The notes below the pieces were generated by a model. It was not told where the DNA came from. It was given only the letters and a program-made list of their open reading frames with translations, and ran no database searches. DNA of 64,000 nucleotides from a virus (taxonomy: Duplodnaviria > Caudoviricetes), in IMG/VR virus record IMGVR_UViG_3300020470_006081, positions 1,355 through 65,354 of that record. The stretch is one strand, 5' to 3'. The stretch's first letter is position 1, and each line of letters starts with the position of its first letter. A program made the position numbers and the translations under genes. Shown in pieces: positions 1-12,000 of this stretch.

Positions 1-3000
1 GTTCCTCTTGTGTCCAGATATGCTATAGACCAATTGGTGCCAGCAGTAATGTGTTGCTGACCAGACAAGATTTTTGCGCCAGAAACTGCTGAAGTGGTGC
101 TTCCAAGACTACCCCATCGAACTTCTAAATCTTCGACTGCAAAATCAAAATCAGGGCTCTCGCAAGCTTGTATTCTTAAATTACCTATGCCCAGGCCGTG
201 CATGTGATAGCCAAATTGCATAATAATCCATGAATCATCACTCACGTCTAATAAATCAATTAATGGAGTTATTAAGCTGAAAGTCTGACCAACCTTGCTA
301 GGCAAAACCTCACAATATGCATAAGGAGAATTTACGTCTGGAGTAGCACCATAGCCGCCGGCTGGGCCAGTGCCGGGTGATGGAGTAGGGCCTTTTAAAA
401 ACGTCCATTGGTTACTAGAATCAGTTCCATTTTTCCAGTATTCAGTTGGGTCAAGCTCGCTATTTGTTGAACCAATTGGAGGATTTAGTATCGATACATC
501 TTTTGATCGAATAGTTGTTGCATTTGAAAAGCTTTCTTCTATTATTACCTCATCAGATGATAAATTTAAAAATTCTTGTAAATGCCAACCTTCAGGTCTT
601 GTATAAACAGTATCAGATCCTTGATTTAATTTAATATGTCTGTGTTGCATGCCACCAACATGCTGATCAGTAAATGGCCCTTGCATGGGAATTTCTAAAT
701 CGTTTCCATATTTATCATCGTGTGCGTTTGTAAAATCAACATTAAACTGATCAGAATATAAACCTTGGTATCCAGTATTAACAGACGAGGAGTAAGCACT
801 AAAAGGAAGTAGTAAGCTAGCTTTGCCATCTGTTGGTAACTTATCGTTTGCGCCTGAACCATCGTATTTTGAATCTATTGTTTCACCGGCAGTCATAGTT
901 AATGCACGAAGCTTGAGCCTTTTTTTGTTTATTTCATCTGGCTTGAATTTATCCTCACAATATTCCCTCTCTTCGTTGTCCATGTCAATATAAATAAAGT
1001 CATCATCGCTGGCCCATTTTATAATATTTTTATAAACATCATGCCTATTTTCTTGTTGTGAGTTCGATCCGCCCTTAAGTTTTAAAGAGCGGCCTACAAC
1101 TAAATCAATAGGACGTCTTAAGCTTCTGTTTGGGTAATAACTTTCAGAATAAACAACCCCATCTGACGTTATGAGGCCAGCGGTGGAACTTGAAACTTCA
1201 GTGACTGCTGCCTTTAAAATTATTTCCTTGTTTGAATCAATGTTTGAATTTCCAGAAGATAATACAACATCTCTTTCTGCTCTTTCTTTCCACCACAAAC
1301 AATTTGTATTTTGATTTGTATTTTGCTCTGGGTTAACAGGTGCGTGTCCAACCCTCCAATTATATTTTAGTTCTTCAATTGCATGCATTGTTGAAACAGG
1401 CTCAGGTATACTACTTTCCATTGTTGGAAATTTTGTTAGATATTTGTTTCTTTCTAAAACATGACTCTCGACCATATTTCTTAAAAGCTCTACAGTATTA
1501 GCTGAAGCAGGTATTAATTGACCAATCATAATTGTGATTGCATCGTCGACCCATTTAAAATATTCAATAAACTTTTCTAAATCTGGCTCATTTTCAACTC
1601 TTTCAAAAAACATTTGTCTAAGTTTTTGCATGCGCTTATAATCTAAACGATAGCGGTTAACAGGCTGACCAACCAAGTTATTAAAATCAACAATAGTAGC
1701 AAAATATTTTAACATCTCTTCAGATATTATTTGATACATGCTTTTTTCTACTGAAAGAAGATGCTGAACATATGTTGTATCTCTGGTAAAAACAAAATCA
1801 TCTTGTTTATCTAAGATTTTAACCATGTCGTCGCTATTGACGACTTCTGGAAGTTTTTGTTTTGCAGTTTGAACATATTCAACATCAACAGCTTGATCAG
1901 TATATCCACTAGTTGTAGTAAAAAAATCACCTCTGGCAGGATAGTTTCTTTTGCTTACATCACTGAACCAGCCATACCTTTTATTATTAACATCGTCTAA
2001 AGAGCCAGAAGCAACATCGGCAATAAAAATCTGCCCATTAGTGTTCGAGCCTGTAACATTATCCAGAGACCAATGAAATAATAAAGTGTCAATCTGTGGG
2101 ATAGAAAATTTAAAAAGTTGATCATTGCTAAATGCAACGTTAGAATTTCTGTAAGGATTTAAAGTACCAAAACTACTTGCATCACGAGCGTGTGCACGAA
2201 TTGTTTCATCGTCTAAATAGCTATACCACATTCTAGTTGATGATACTTTTACATCAGAGTATAAAGTCGGCTCTCCAATAAAATCATTTCTTGCAGCGCC
2301 AACAAAAACTCTTTTGTTGCTGGCAAAAAACTTAGCAGCATTAGCTAAACTCATGGTGCCAGAAACAACAAATTCGTTTTGAAGAATGTTTGATAAATAA
2401 TTTACACCGTAAAACTCATAAGTGTAAGCTGAACTAGGATCAAGCAACGTATCATCAACAAAATCAGCTAGAGGATATTTTGTTGGCCTAAGTCTAAAAG
2501 CTAATGTCCATTTTTCATTATCATATGTACCTGTGTAAGTGTCATCACTAAACAAATCAGATATAACATTGCCAGACCCAGAGGTTATAAGGCCAAACTT
2601 AACATTTCTTTTGTCATTATCAGGCTTGGTAGCAACAATATTGAAATTTATTTTGTCGTCTGCAGCAAATGATAAGTCTGTATTGGAAGCTACAACAGCG
2701 TGCATTCCCATAATTGAAGAGGTGGTATGCTGAAACATAGAATAATTTTTATCATCTTTTATTTCGCGCTTTGGAAAGAATACCTCTGTTTCAATCGTCA
2801 TTGAGGCACCTGACATGTGAATTTCATTTATTGCCGGTACGTATGAAAGCGAATTAGAGTTTGTTGAATCATAATATTGATAAGCGTTTGCAGAAAAAGA
2901 ATTGGTGTATAGACCAGTTGCGTCAAATCTGGTCTCTAAATCATCAAAATCTAAATATTTTTTGCGAACTGCAGTATTTGTAAAATTATTTTTAAATTCA

Positions 3001-4862
3001 TATGTGTCGTTATTAGCATAAATGTTTAATTTTATAAGCTCCTCATCTATGCCATAACATCTTAAGAAGTTTCTTAGTGACTTATATGTACCCTTAGATT
3101 TCTGTATATAAACAAGATTATTGTAAATGTTTTGATAAATAATATTTTTTATTTCATACAGCTTTTTTTCGAATAAAAGCTTCTCATCTCTTTCAAGATA
3201 TTTTGCTAAAGCAGAAGCATGCGCAAAAAGCTCCGGAGCGTCGTAACCGCGAGAAGATAAAAGCCTATCAGCAAAAGGTAGTGGCTTTTCATAGTTATTA
3301 TCATCAGGATAATTAATGTCTTTTAATCTAGGCAGCTTCTGTATTTGAAGATAGATATCATCAAAAAAGTTAGCAATTATTTGAGTTAAATATTTTAAAT
3401 GCTTAGATTGCCCTTCGTCCTCTTCAGCAATCCATCCCGGCAATGACCGGTATATTGAAAAACTATTTTGATGATCATGGAAAGATCCACTAAGTTTCTT
3501 GTTTGTTAAAAGCGCTGATACTTGTGGATGACCAGAATAAATAATTGGATCTTTGAATTCCTTAGTTGCGTGACCCGATTGAACCATTGCTGACTGAATA
3601 TTTCTTGTTTCAGAAGAATTATAGTTTACAAACTGACCATTTGAAATTCTTCCAGAGTAATCTAATATAATAGAATCATCTGTTCTGTTTTCAGTAATCC
3701 CTTCATTAAATTTGTAATATACACCTAGATCTACAAAATTTGCTATATCATCATATTTTTCATTATCAGTGTTAGTGCCGCCGCCTACTTGATCGCGCCA
3801 ATATCTTCCTATTTGCTGGCCGTCTCTTTCTGTTTTCCAATATCTAAACTCATCAAATGAGGTTGCCACTACATTTCCCCATCCCAAGGTAGCATCAGAG
3901 GTGCCTATGGGCCCTGCAAGAGACCCAATCGAGGCAATCATAGTCCCATCCATTGCATTGATGCTGGCTATAGACAAAGAAGAGGCGTGCTGGCCATCAA
4001 CATAAAGATTGGCTATGTTATCTTTGGCTGTAATTGCATAATGATGCCACTTGCTATCCGCAATATCAGTCAAGCCGGTTTCAAAAGAGCTATTTATAGA
4101 AGTAGTTGAGCCAGATTGTATAGTTATATACAGATTATTTTTAGTTGCCGTGCTATTTCCATTGATGTATAGATGAAATGTACCATAATTACCAGCACCT
4201 GAAGAGCCAGATATGGTATTATGAAAAATAAATTCATCTTTATTGCCGCCTACCCAAGAATTCTTTTTCATCCAAAATTCAGTTGTTACACCTTTTGAAA
4301 GATCAAACTCAAGATTGTTTGTTCTTTGACTAGCGGTATGGTAGATGTTAGCTTTAGACACTCCTTTTTTTGATGGCCCTGCAAAGAAGTCACTTTTAAA
4401 ATCTCCGCCTGGATCAGGATGAGGTCCGCCTTTTATAAAAATATATTGTGGATTGCTACTGTTAAAAATTGTTGCTACACCTGAATCTGCAGTAGAGGTG
4501 TATGTATTTGAGCCACTGTTTATTGTAACAAAGCCATTTGTTCTAGGATATTCATGTTCAAAAATAAATAAATCTAAATAATTACTGCTGTTTTCCCATT
4601 CTATTTTCTCAGCCCTAGATCCATCATAAGGATAAGTTTCATAGATTCTTTTTATAGATGACTCATAATATTCTTCAGCTAAACCAAAACGTGCAAAATT
4701 AGAAGCTGTACTAAAATCAACATCAGGTATAAATCTAGCTTGTTTTTCTGCGTATGAATCAATATAACGATATGATTCTAAATCTTCTCTAATAGCATCG
4801 CGGCTTTTATTTTTCAAAAATTTTAGAGAATAGCCTTTATCGAATAGATCTTTAACGCCCAT
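1..4862 (-). CDS. large virion/baseplate protein (>1620 aa, runs off left edge) with two LamG-like domains and a MAM-like domain
   Basis: Not in the ORF track because the stop is outside the window. Manual translation from ATG at 4862 (MGVKDLFDKGYSLKFL...) was open in every segment checked, down to base 3. Motifs: WHHYAITAK...LYVDG...FDEFRYW (LamG), IYNNLVYIQKSKGTYKSLRNFLRCYG (baseplate wedge-type), WTFLKGPTPSPGTGP...FGYHMHGLGIGNLRI (MAM). Confidence 0.8.
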   Translation of the reverse strand, partial: MGVKDLFDKGYSLKFLKNKSRDAIREDLESYRYIDSYAEKQARFIPDVDFSTASNFARFGLAEEYYESSIKRIYETYPYDGSRAEKIEWENSSNYLDLFIFEHEYPRTNGFVTINSGSNTYTSTADSGVATIFNSSNPQYIFIKGGPHPDPGGDFKSDFFAGPSKKGVSKANIYHTASQRTNNLEFDLSKGVTTEFWMKKNSWVGGNKDEFIFHNTISGSSGAGNYGTFHLYINGNSTATKNNLYITIQSGSTTSINSSFETGLTDIADSKWHHYAITAKDNIANLYVDGQHASSLSIASINAMDGTMIASIGSLAGPIGTSDATLGWGNVVATSFDEFRYWKTERDGQQIGRYWRDQVGGGTNTDNEKYDDIANFVDLGVYYKFNEGITENRTDDSIILDYSGRISNGQFVNYNSSETRNIQSAMVQSGHATKEFKDPIIYSGHPQVSALLTNKKLSGSFHDHQNSFSIYRSLPGWIAEEDEGQSKHLKYLTQIIANFFDDIYLQIQKLPRLKDINYPDDNNYEKPLPFADRLLSSRGYDAPELFAHASALAKYLERDEKLLFEKKLYEIKNIIYQNIYNNLVYIQKSKGTYKSLRNFLRCYGIDEELIKLNIYANNDTYEFKNNFTNTAVRKKYLDFDDLETRFDATGLYTNSFSANAYQYYDSTNSNSLSYVPAINEIHMSGASMTIETEVFFPKREIKDDKNYSMFQHTTSSIMGMHAVVASNTDLSFAADDKINFNIVATKPDNDKRNVKFGLITSGSGNVISDLFSDDTYTGTYDNEKWTLAFRLRPTKYPLADFVDDTLLDPSSAYTYEFYGVNYLSNILQNEFVVSGTMSLANAAKFFASNKRVFVGAARNDFIGEPTLYSDVKVSSTRMWYSYLDDETIRAHARDASSFGTLNPYRNSNVAFSNDQLFKFSIPQIDTLLFHWSLDNVTGSNTNGQIFIADVASGSLDDVNNKRYGWFSDVSKRNYPARGDFFTTTSGYTDQAVDVEYVQTAKQKLPEVVNSDDMVKILDKQDDFVFTRDTTYVQHLLSVEKSMYQIISEEMLKYFATIVDFNNLVGQPVNRYRLDYKRMQKLRQMFFERVENEPDLEKFIEYFKWVDDAITIMIGQLIPASANTVELLRNMVESHVLERNKYLTKFPTMESSIPEPVSTMHAIEELKYNWRVGHAPVNPEQNTNQNTNCLWWKERAERDVVLSSGNSNIDSNKEIILKAAVTEVSSSTAGLITSDGVVYSESYYPNRSLRRPIDLVVGRSLKLKGGSNSQQENRHDVYKNIIKWASDDDFIYIDMDNEEREYCEDKFKPDEINKKRLKLRALTMTAGETIDSKYDGSGANDKLPTDGKASLLLPFSAYSSSVNTGYQGLYSDQFNVDFTNAHDDKYGNDLEIPMQGPFTDQHVGGMQHRHIKLNQGSDTVYTRPEGWHLQEFLNLSSDEVIIEESFSNATTIRSKDVSILNPPIGSTNSELDPTEYWKNGTDSSNQWTFLKGPTPSPGTGPAGGYGATPDVNSPYAYCEVLPSKVGQTFSLITPLIDLLDVSDDSWIIMQFGYHMHGLGIGNLRIQACESPDFDFAVEDLEVRWGSLGSTTSAVSGAKILSGQQHITAGTNWSIAYLDTRG

Positions 4863-4883
4863 AAAAAATGCCCAACTATATTA

Positions 4884-6830
4884 TTAATTATTCTCAACTC
4901 TAAATTTGTGCACCTCTTCTTGTTCTCTCCAGCCATCAGAAGAATGATAAGCAAATTTAACACCGTACATGTAGCCAGGCTCCAACAAGGACATGTCTAA
5001 ATCAAAATAACTACCTGAATTATCATATGATAAGTATGTATGGTACACAGCACTTCCAGTAGAATGCTCAATTACGCATCTTTCATCAATCATTCGTAAA
5101 ACTTTAAAAGAAGCGCTATGTATAATTGTGTTCTCTATATCAGAAGTAGCCACGTTATATATTGTTGGACTGGAATTTCTGTCCCTAGTAAATACTCTAA
5201 ATCTTGCCTGCTCTTCTTTGGAGTAGCTTTGTTTTAAATTAGTTATTTTAGTAGTATAATTTGGATAAGCATTCCATCCTGATGAATATAATGTTTTTGG
5301 TTTTATGCTGCCAGTTGAATACAATATTGTCTCACCTTGACCATTGTGCCATACATCATATATGGTTTTTAAACTATCAGAGCCAGTAAAAGCAAATGAG
5401 GCTGAATATATACCTGTTGATACATGGCCACCAGTAACATGATAATATGTTCCACCTGCTAAAACGTCACCACCTGGACTTAATTGTAATTTGGGGCCAG
5501 AAGGCTTGCTGTCGTCAGCTGACCCTGAATAAATACTTAAATATATTTTTCCGCTGTTGCCAATACCATTTGTACCAGGTATATCTCTTAATTGCCCTCT
5601 AACATAATTGTATAGATAAACTGTGTTTAGGTTTTCTTGAGCTGGAGCTAAAGAGGAGCTATAGTAAAAATTTCCGCGGTCATCTGATATTCTTGAATCC
5701 CATCTTGCCTCAAGAGCAGGCTTTTTAAAGAAAAACTCACTTGATCTAGAGAAAAATCTTTTTGTATAAAAACTTTTTTTAGAGCCGCCAGTATTAATAG
5801 CACCAAATATATCAGAAGATGTTGTATATGCTTCATATTCAGGTGATAAAAATATTCCAAAACCATAATTTTGTTTATTACCAGCGATCCATTCTTCAAC
5901 TGCTTCTGTAACATCTAGAAGCATATCTTCTCCACCACTATTAAAAGTATACGTATATTTTGGCATTGTTACACTGGAAACGTAAGATCCAGAAAAATAA
6001 TCGCCGCCAGCGCTGACCCATTGGCCTGTGCCACCTGAAAAACCAGTCGAAGAAAGGTGTGTTACTCCACTAACATCAATATACGTATTACCACCCAGGC
6101 CAGTAGCGTCTTGCGTAAGAGCTAAAGTCATTTGTGAGTCAGAATCTCCAGCAGCGGTCACAGTTCCAGCAGTTATGCCTAAAGCCGAGACATTATTTAT
6201 AGCAGTCTTAATTGAATCGATCGCTTGAGTAGTGTTTGAGTCTCCAGTAAAACCAATAGTTCCGGCTGAGTTAATTGAACCATCAAAATCAAAAGTAAAT
6301 GTTTGTGAAACACCAGATGCATCTGTGAGCACAAAAGTTTGTGCGTCCATAGAAGCCAGATTGGCCCCACCTTGTAACACCAGAGTTGCTGTAGCAGCAG
6401 TAAAAGTACTGCCAGCGTTCACCCAGTTAGACCCCTCTATACCATCTTTTGTCTCGTCGGTGTAACTTTCCATATCTAGGCCATAGCCTTCTTGCCAACT
6501 CGCGGAAACAGCTTGTACAGATACATTAAAGTTTTTTGGAAGTTGCTCAGAGTGTCTAGCATTAAAAAGTCTTAAATAAAAATTAGCGCTACCTGAAGCT
6601 GGGATTTTTCCTGCCGCTCTATCTGTTGAAATAGAGTCAATGGGAAATTGTACTAAAACACGAGATAACTCTGCTGAAGAAGTTGTTTGTTGCCCATAAA
6701 TTGAAAAAACCTCTAATATATCAGACGCGCCCATATTAGATCCAGTTGCCCGACTAGACAAATTATTTTCTACACCAAACGCATTAGTAATGGTGTTATC
6801 TTTTGTGGCAATGTATTTTTTTATTCCCAT
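4884..6830 (-). CDS. virion structural protein (baseplate-associated)
   Basis: 648 aa, Ser/Gly/Thr-rich and beta-rich, lying between baseplate genes. Confidence 0.6.
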   Translation of the reverse strand: MGIKKYIATKDNTITNAFGVENNLSSRATGSNMGASDILEVFSIYGQQTTSSAELSRVLVQFPIDSISTDRAAGKIPASGSANFYLRLFNARHSEQLPKNFNVSVQAVSASWQEGYGLDMESYTDETKDGIEGSNWVNAGSTFTAATATLVLQGGANLASMDAQTFVLTDASGVSQTFTFDFDGSINSAGTIGFTGDSNTTQAIDSIKTAINNVSALGITAGTVTAAGDSDSQMTLALTQDATGLGGNTYIDVSGVTHLSSTGFSGGTGQWVSAGGDYFSGSYVSSVTMPKYTYTFNSGGEDMLLDVTEAVEEWIAGNKQNYGFGIFLSPEYEAYTTSSDIFGAINTGGSKKSFYTKRFFSRSSEFFFKKPALEARWDSRISDDRGNFYYSSSLAPAQENLNTVYLYNYVRGQLRDIPGTNGIGNSGKIYLSIYSGSADDSKPSGPKLQLSPGGDVLAGGTYYHVTGGHVSTGIYSASFAFTGSDSLKTIYDVWHNGQGETILYSTGSIKPKTLYSSGWNAYPNYTTKITNLKQSYSKEEQARFRVFTRDRNSSPTIYNVATSDIENTIIHSASFKVLRMIDERCVIEHSTGSAVYHTYLSYDNSGSYFDLDMSLLEPGYMYGVKFAYHSSDGWREQEEVHKFRVENN

Positions 6831-8626
6831 TATTTGATAGTTCCTCTAATATCTGTGTTTGGAAATCTTAGCTCATATACAACATCTTGTGGTGCATATA
6901 AAATTCTGCCATCAGCTGATGTCCATTCTTTTATAGATAAAGTGTGATCAGAATATAAACCGCCAGACTTATTTGTAATTTTAACATTTGTTACGTCAAC
7001 AATCTCCTCTAAATTATTTAGAACATCATATATTTTAGTAATATAAATTGGCTGGTTGATGTCCATTTTCTCTCTAAACATCCTCTGTAACTCTGTTATA
7101 GCGACATTTAAAGCTTCAAATTTATCTTGTGAATAATCAACAACAGCAGTAAAATCAATATTAATATTAATAACTTTAGGATCTAAAATATCTATTGTAT
7201 CGTTTATCATTCGGTAATTGTTGAGCCAAACTTTAACATTGTTTTTAAGAACCTTACTACTAGTTGTAAGGAAACCATCAGAATTTTCTGATAATAAATA
7301 CAAATTTAAATTTCTTTTAAAAGAATCATTATCTCTAAAAATTTTTGCCCTTTTCACCTGTCCAAATCTAGAGGGCATTCTATAGACCAAAGCCTCATAA
7401 TCATCTGCTGTCACAGCTCTATTTTGTGAAGAAAAAACGTCATTAACCCTTTGTTTAAGTTCTGCTACAGAAGGTAAACTTACATCACCATTTATTGGCT
7501 CTTCGTTGACAATTTCCAAGCTATCTCTTACAAAATCAATTTTTGTATTATTTGTTGCAGAAGATCCAAAAACATAAATTGGATCTAAAATCGTAGTAAG
7601 TCCTCTGGTAGCAACGTTGACATTTTCTGAAGTATTCGATCGGTATGTAACTCGTAAAGTTGTATTTGCAGGAGCGATTCCAAATTTATCAGCTTCAAGT
7701 AATTTTGAAGGGTCAAAAGACCGATCTTTTTCATAATCTCTGCCATGAAGCTTTAAAACAACGTTTGAAGGATGGGAAAGATTATCGATTTTTAAAGATG
7801 ATTCAGAGCCATATCCAAATTTCAACTGCATGCTTCCATTTTTGTTTATGGTTACAAATCTACGTGGAACTGATGTAGTAACAATTATATTAGGGACATG
7901 TTCACGTGTTGCAGAGTCTTTATTAACTACGCTTCTAAAAATAGTATCTTGTGATAAATAATCAACCTCGAAATACTCATGACCCTCTGTATCTACAACT
8001 GAGACAATTTCTGTAATATTTGGATCTGCTAGAGTTAACGTTAAAAATCTAGTAAAATCACCAACATTGAAATCTTCACGATTTTGTGTGCCTGATATTA
8101 CTCGACCATACGCTTTGATAGCGTAAGAAGTAGGCTTACCGTCAGAACTATTAGAGGTCGCAACAACTACTTCGTTATTAGAAGACTTAAAATCTACATC
8201 ATCTATTAAAGTAAATACTTGCCCCCCATTTGAAGAAAAAGTACTATTTTTTGCTAGTATCGGCAAGTAATCAGTATCTGGCCCTACGCCATTTGCCGCA
8301 GGAGGACATAAAACATATAAAGATATTACACCAGAAGAGTTAGCTCGTAATGGCTGTTTATAGCCAACTTGCTCTCCTAGTCTGAGAATATTTTCATATT
8401 CAATGGCAGTATCTAAAAAAGACTCGTTAGCTTGATAATCTAAATAGAAAGAAAGCATATCCCCAATGTAAGCTGTGGTGTCTAACATTAGCGAGCCAAA
8501 TGAAGCTTCTGAAAAATCTTTGAATACATTTGGATAATATCTTTTTGTGTACTCTACTAAAGACTCTTTTATAGAATTAAATTCTCTATTTGTATATCTT
8601 ATTAATTTTTTGTCTTTTTTAGCCAT
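6830..8626 (-). CDS. baseplate wedge subunit (T4 gp6 / baseplate J-like)
   Basis: Motifs FKDFSEASFG...AYIGDMLSFYLDYQANESFLDTA, QLKFGYG, SQNRAVTADDY. Confidence 0.9.
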   Translation of the reverse strand: MAKKDKKLIRYTNREFNSIKESLVEYTKRYYPNVFKDFSEASFGSLMLDTTAYIGDMLSFYLDYQANESFLDTAIEYENILRLGEQVGYKQPLRANSSGVISLYVLCPPAANGVGPDTDYLPILAKNSTFSSNGGQVFTLIDDVDFKSSNNEVVVATSNSSDGKPTSYAIKAYGRVISGTQNREDFNVGDFTRFLTLTLADPNITEIVSVVDTEGHEYFEVDYLSQDTIFRSVVNKDSATREHVPNIIVTTSVPRRFVTINKNGSMQLKFGYGSESSLKIDNLSHPSNVVLKLHGRDYEKDRSFDPSKLLEADKFGIAPANTTLRVTYRSNTSENVNVATRGLTTILDPIYVFGSSATNNTKIDFVRDSLEIVNEEPINGDVSLPSVAELKQRVNDVFSSQNRAVTADDYEALVYRMPSRFGQVKRAKIFRDNDSFKRNLNLYLLSENSDGFLTTSSKVLKNNVKVWLNNYRMINDTIDILDPKVININIDFTAVVDYSQDKFEALNVAITELQRMFREKMDINQPIYITKIYDVLNNLEEIVDVTNVKITNKSGGLYSDHTLSIKEWTSADGRILYAPQDVVYELRFPNTDIRGTIK

Positions 8627-8628
8627 TT

Positions 8629-9027
8629 TTAATTAATTTCCTCACTTTCCAACAAAAGAGATGCCTGTAAGCCTATACTTGGGACATCATATATAATTTT
8701 TATTGATATAACATTGGAATCTTCGTATACTGAGGGATCATAGTGGCCTGTGTCAAATTCAATAGAGCTTATCCTAATATAAGGTAAGTATTTATTTACT
8801 TGCTGCTCAATGCGTTGTCTAATTTGAGGCGCTGCATGAACACGAGGCTCAAAAAGATATCTTCTTAATCCTACACCAAAATCTGGGTTCATCATCCTCT
8901 CACCAGGAGATGTTAATAATAAATTTTTAAAATTTTGTTTTACTTCTTCTTTATAAGAGGTTATCTGAGAATAAACACCAAATTGTTCAGTTCTGTTAAG
9001 TGGCAATTCCGGTCCTATTCCATCCAT
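8629..9027 (-). CDS. baseplate wedge protein gp25 / GpW family
   Basis: VKQNFKNLLLTSPGERMMNPDFGVGLRRYLFE signature. Confidence 0.92.
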   Translation of the reverse strand: MDGIGPELPLNRTEQFGVYSQITSYKEEVKQNFKNLLLTSPGERMMNPDFGVGLRRYLFEPRVHAAPQIRQRIEQQVNKYLPYIRISSIEFDTGHYDPSVYEDSNVISIKIIYDVPSIGLQASLLLESEEIN

Positions 9028-9038
9028 AATTTTATCCT

Positions 9039-12000
9039 CTATAGTTGATCATCGCAGTCATCTGGGTTTAAATCTCTATGCTGTTTATCTTCTATTGCAT
9101 CTATAAGTAGTAGCGCAAGATAAATCATACCAGGAACTGTGCTTGGCGGGCCCAAGTAAAAAGGTGGTGGAATAATCCCACCGCCAAGAGGCATCATAGA
9201 AGGTAAAAGCGCTGCCCAGAGACCAGGCAATAAATAAGGCGAAGAAAATACATCTTCCATTGTTTCCTTTGCTTCTTCATGAAACTCTTCTAAATCTTTT
9301 ACTATGCCTTCTAATTCCTCAGTTATTTCATCTAGCTCTTGTTTCGCAGATATGTAGACAGAGATCAAACTGTCTTGGTTATCTTTGGCGAAAACTCGGT
9401 TGAATTCACGCGTGAAGCCTTCAAAAGTGTTTTTCTGATCTTCGTCTAATTTATCTAAGCAGTCCTGCGGAACATCATCAACTTTCATTTCCCATGTTTC
9501 TGGATCTTCACCATCCATCTGTATCGTTATATATGTTTTAAGAGGCTTGCAGCCATCAGCTTCTGCAGGAAAATTTAAAGTGTCTTTTGTCACTATTAAC
9601 ATTGAGCCAGCCATTTTAACCTGCATTAAAGCTTGTGTTAAAGCACTCTCAGCCATAATTTTAGAACCATTCAATACTAATTTTGTAGCATTTAGACCGC
9701 TTTCAATAGCACCAAGCGTTGCCATTGTAATTGCATTAGCTATATCAATAATTAATTTAGCTATTATAACTGCTGGATCAGTAATTTCTACAAATCCTTT
9801 AAGAATCATAAACATTGTTTTGTATATCATCTTAAGAATTAAGGGATATATATCTGTATCTTTTCCAGTGGTACCACCAGCGTTTCTAAGCATTGCATCA
9901 CCTAGGGAATTCAATACATCATTTGGTACATATTTATAATCCTGCGAGTTAATTAAGTTTTCCATTATCATCATAAGTTTTTTCTTAGTCAGATCCAAAA
10001 CATCTGTTGGCTCCGGAATAAACTTTGATAAGCCATCTGCAGCATACATAAAACCCATAACCATGTATTTACGCATAGGTATGCAATGATCAAAAATAAG
10101 CTTAAACTCTGCAGAATTTTTCAACTCCTGTACTAAACCCGGAGCCAAGTTCTTGTAGAAGAAAGAACTTGCAGAATTAGCCATATATTTTAACTTTTCT
10201 TCGCTAAGATTAGCTAAAGAATAGTAGTCGGGATTTTTATACTCACTATTTCCATAGCCTGATGAGCCAGCGTACGCCCAGAATCCTAATTCGTCTAAGT
10301 TTATTAAATCGCTGCTATCATCCAAGACAAAGCTGTAGCTACCTTCTACAACATTTAAAGATCTTTCAACTTCCACTACTGGTACATGAATCTCAGACAT
10401 TATTATTTTAGCTTGCTCTTTATTCTGGTCATTATAAATATAATATGGACGCTGCACATATAAGGACTTGCTTCTTTTTAGGCCTTCAATTTCTTGCTCT
10501 CCCCTAAAAGCATCAAACATAACATTTCTTATATTTTCTTCTGGAAAAGCAGAGTGAAATTGGTCTAAAGTTTCCGCAGGTATTGCATAAGTCAAGCGAA
10601 GACCTATTTTTAGCTCCTTAAACATCAATTTAAAGCCATATTTTTTGTATAATTCAAATAGCGGGCTCTGCACACCAGGATGCGCTGGACTGTAATGATT
10701 AAAAATTGTCTTTAAAAATATACTACTATAAAAATGACTCCAAGCTGTTAAAGGAACATAATCAAAAATATGACATTTAAATATGTTTCCTTCTTCTTTT
10801 CTTTTTCCATTTATTTCTTGGAAAACGCCCTCAAATTCAGAAGCAGAAATAGGATCAGATAAACTGTATTCCGGATCACAAGGCTCGCCTGTTGTTGGGT
10901 CTACATCGGAGCCATCTATCTTAGTTAACACAGAAACTGTCATATTCTGTCTTTCTTCTGGCGTAGTATCAACTATCTTAATGTAAGGTTGAATTATGAA
11001 ATTTCCTAATTCTTTATGTAATTCTGTACCAAAAGTGTTTTCAAGTATGTTCTCTTTTGAAAAAGCATTTGCATTATGAGCCTGGGTCAAGCGCGCAAAA
11101 TTTAATCTAGTAAAGTCTCTATATTCTTCGTCAAATTCACCTCCACTATTGAAAAAGTCAGTATCTGCATACGCTCTGTAGGCATCATATTTAGCAACGT
11201 GTTGCTTTGCATTTAAACCAACTTTCCAATCAAGCGAATATGCACCAGGAGTGTGATTAGTCTTAATTTCCCCCACGTAGTAGGTGTCAATGTCAACAGA
11301 ACTGCGATGACTCATCGGTAAAGAGTGAAAGAAATTTTTATTATCTGTTGAAATTACTCTACCCTCTTCGGTCTTTGTTCCCTTGAATGGGAAAAAGCCA
11401 AATAGTTCTGAGTCTCTCCATTCTGTAGAGATAGTTGGGCCAGAATTACCACCTTGAGTATTATAGAACGGCGTATTATGTTTATGACCGTGGTGATAAT
11501 TCATTGTGTATATATTATTTGTGAACCTTGCGTCATGTACAAAGTCTATTCCTGTTTGAGTATTAAAAGAGTTAACTTGTGCTTCAAAACGAGATCCAGT
11601 TAACAATAATTCTTGTGGACCACTGTCGCTGCCACCTGAAAAACCCATTTTCTTTACAACATCTCTAGCGTTAATGTCGCTAGATTTTATTACTTCTAAA
11701 TTTAAATCTTCGGACATTGGGTTTGAGTTACTAAACAAATCTTTTACAGTAGAAATTATATTTCTGCTTTCTGCTTTAATAAGATACTCTAATCCGCTAC
11801 TTTGTCCTCTAAAATAAGCAATCTCTATATCAGACATTCCTTCTTCTTTTCTTAAAATATCATTGGCAATTTTAGATATCATTTCAATGCTAATATCTTC
11901 TTTGATATTTTGAACGATTATTTTTACCATAATATCGTCTTTTATAATATCGCTAAGATCATAGCTGTCCCATGCAATTATACTAGCTAAGCATACTTCT

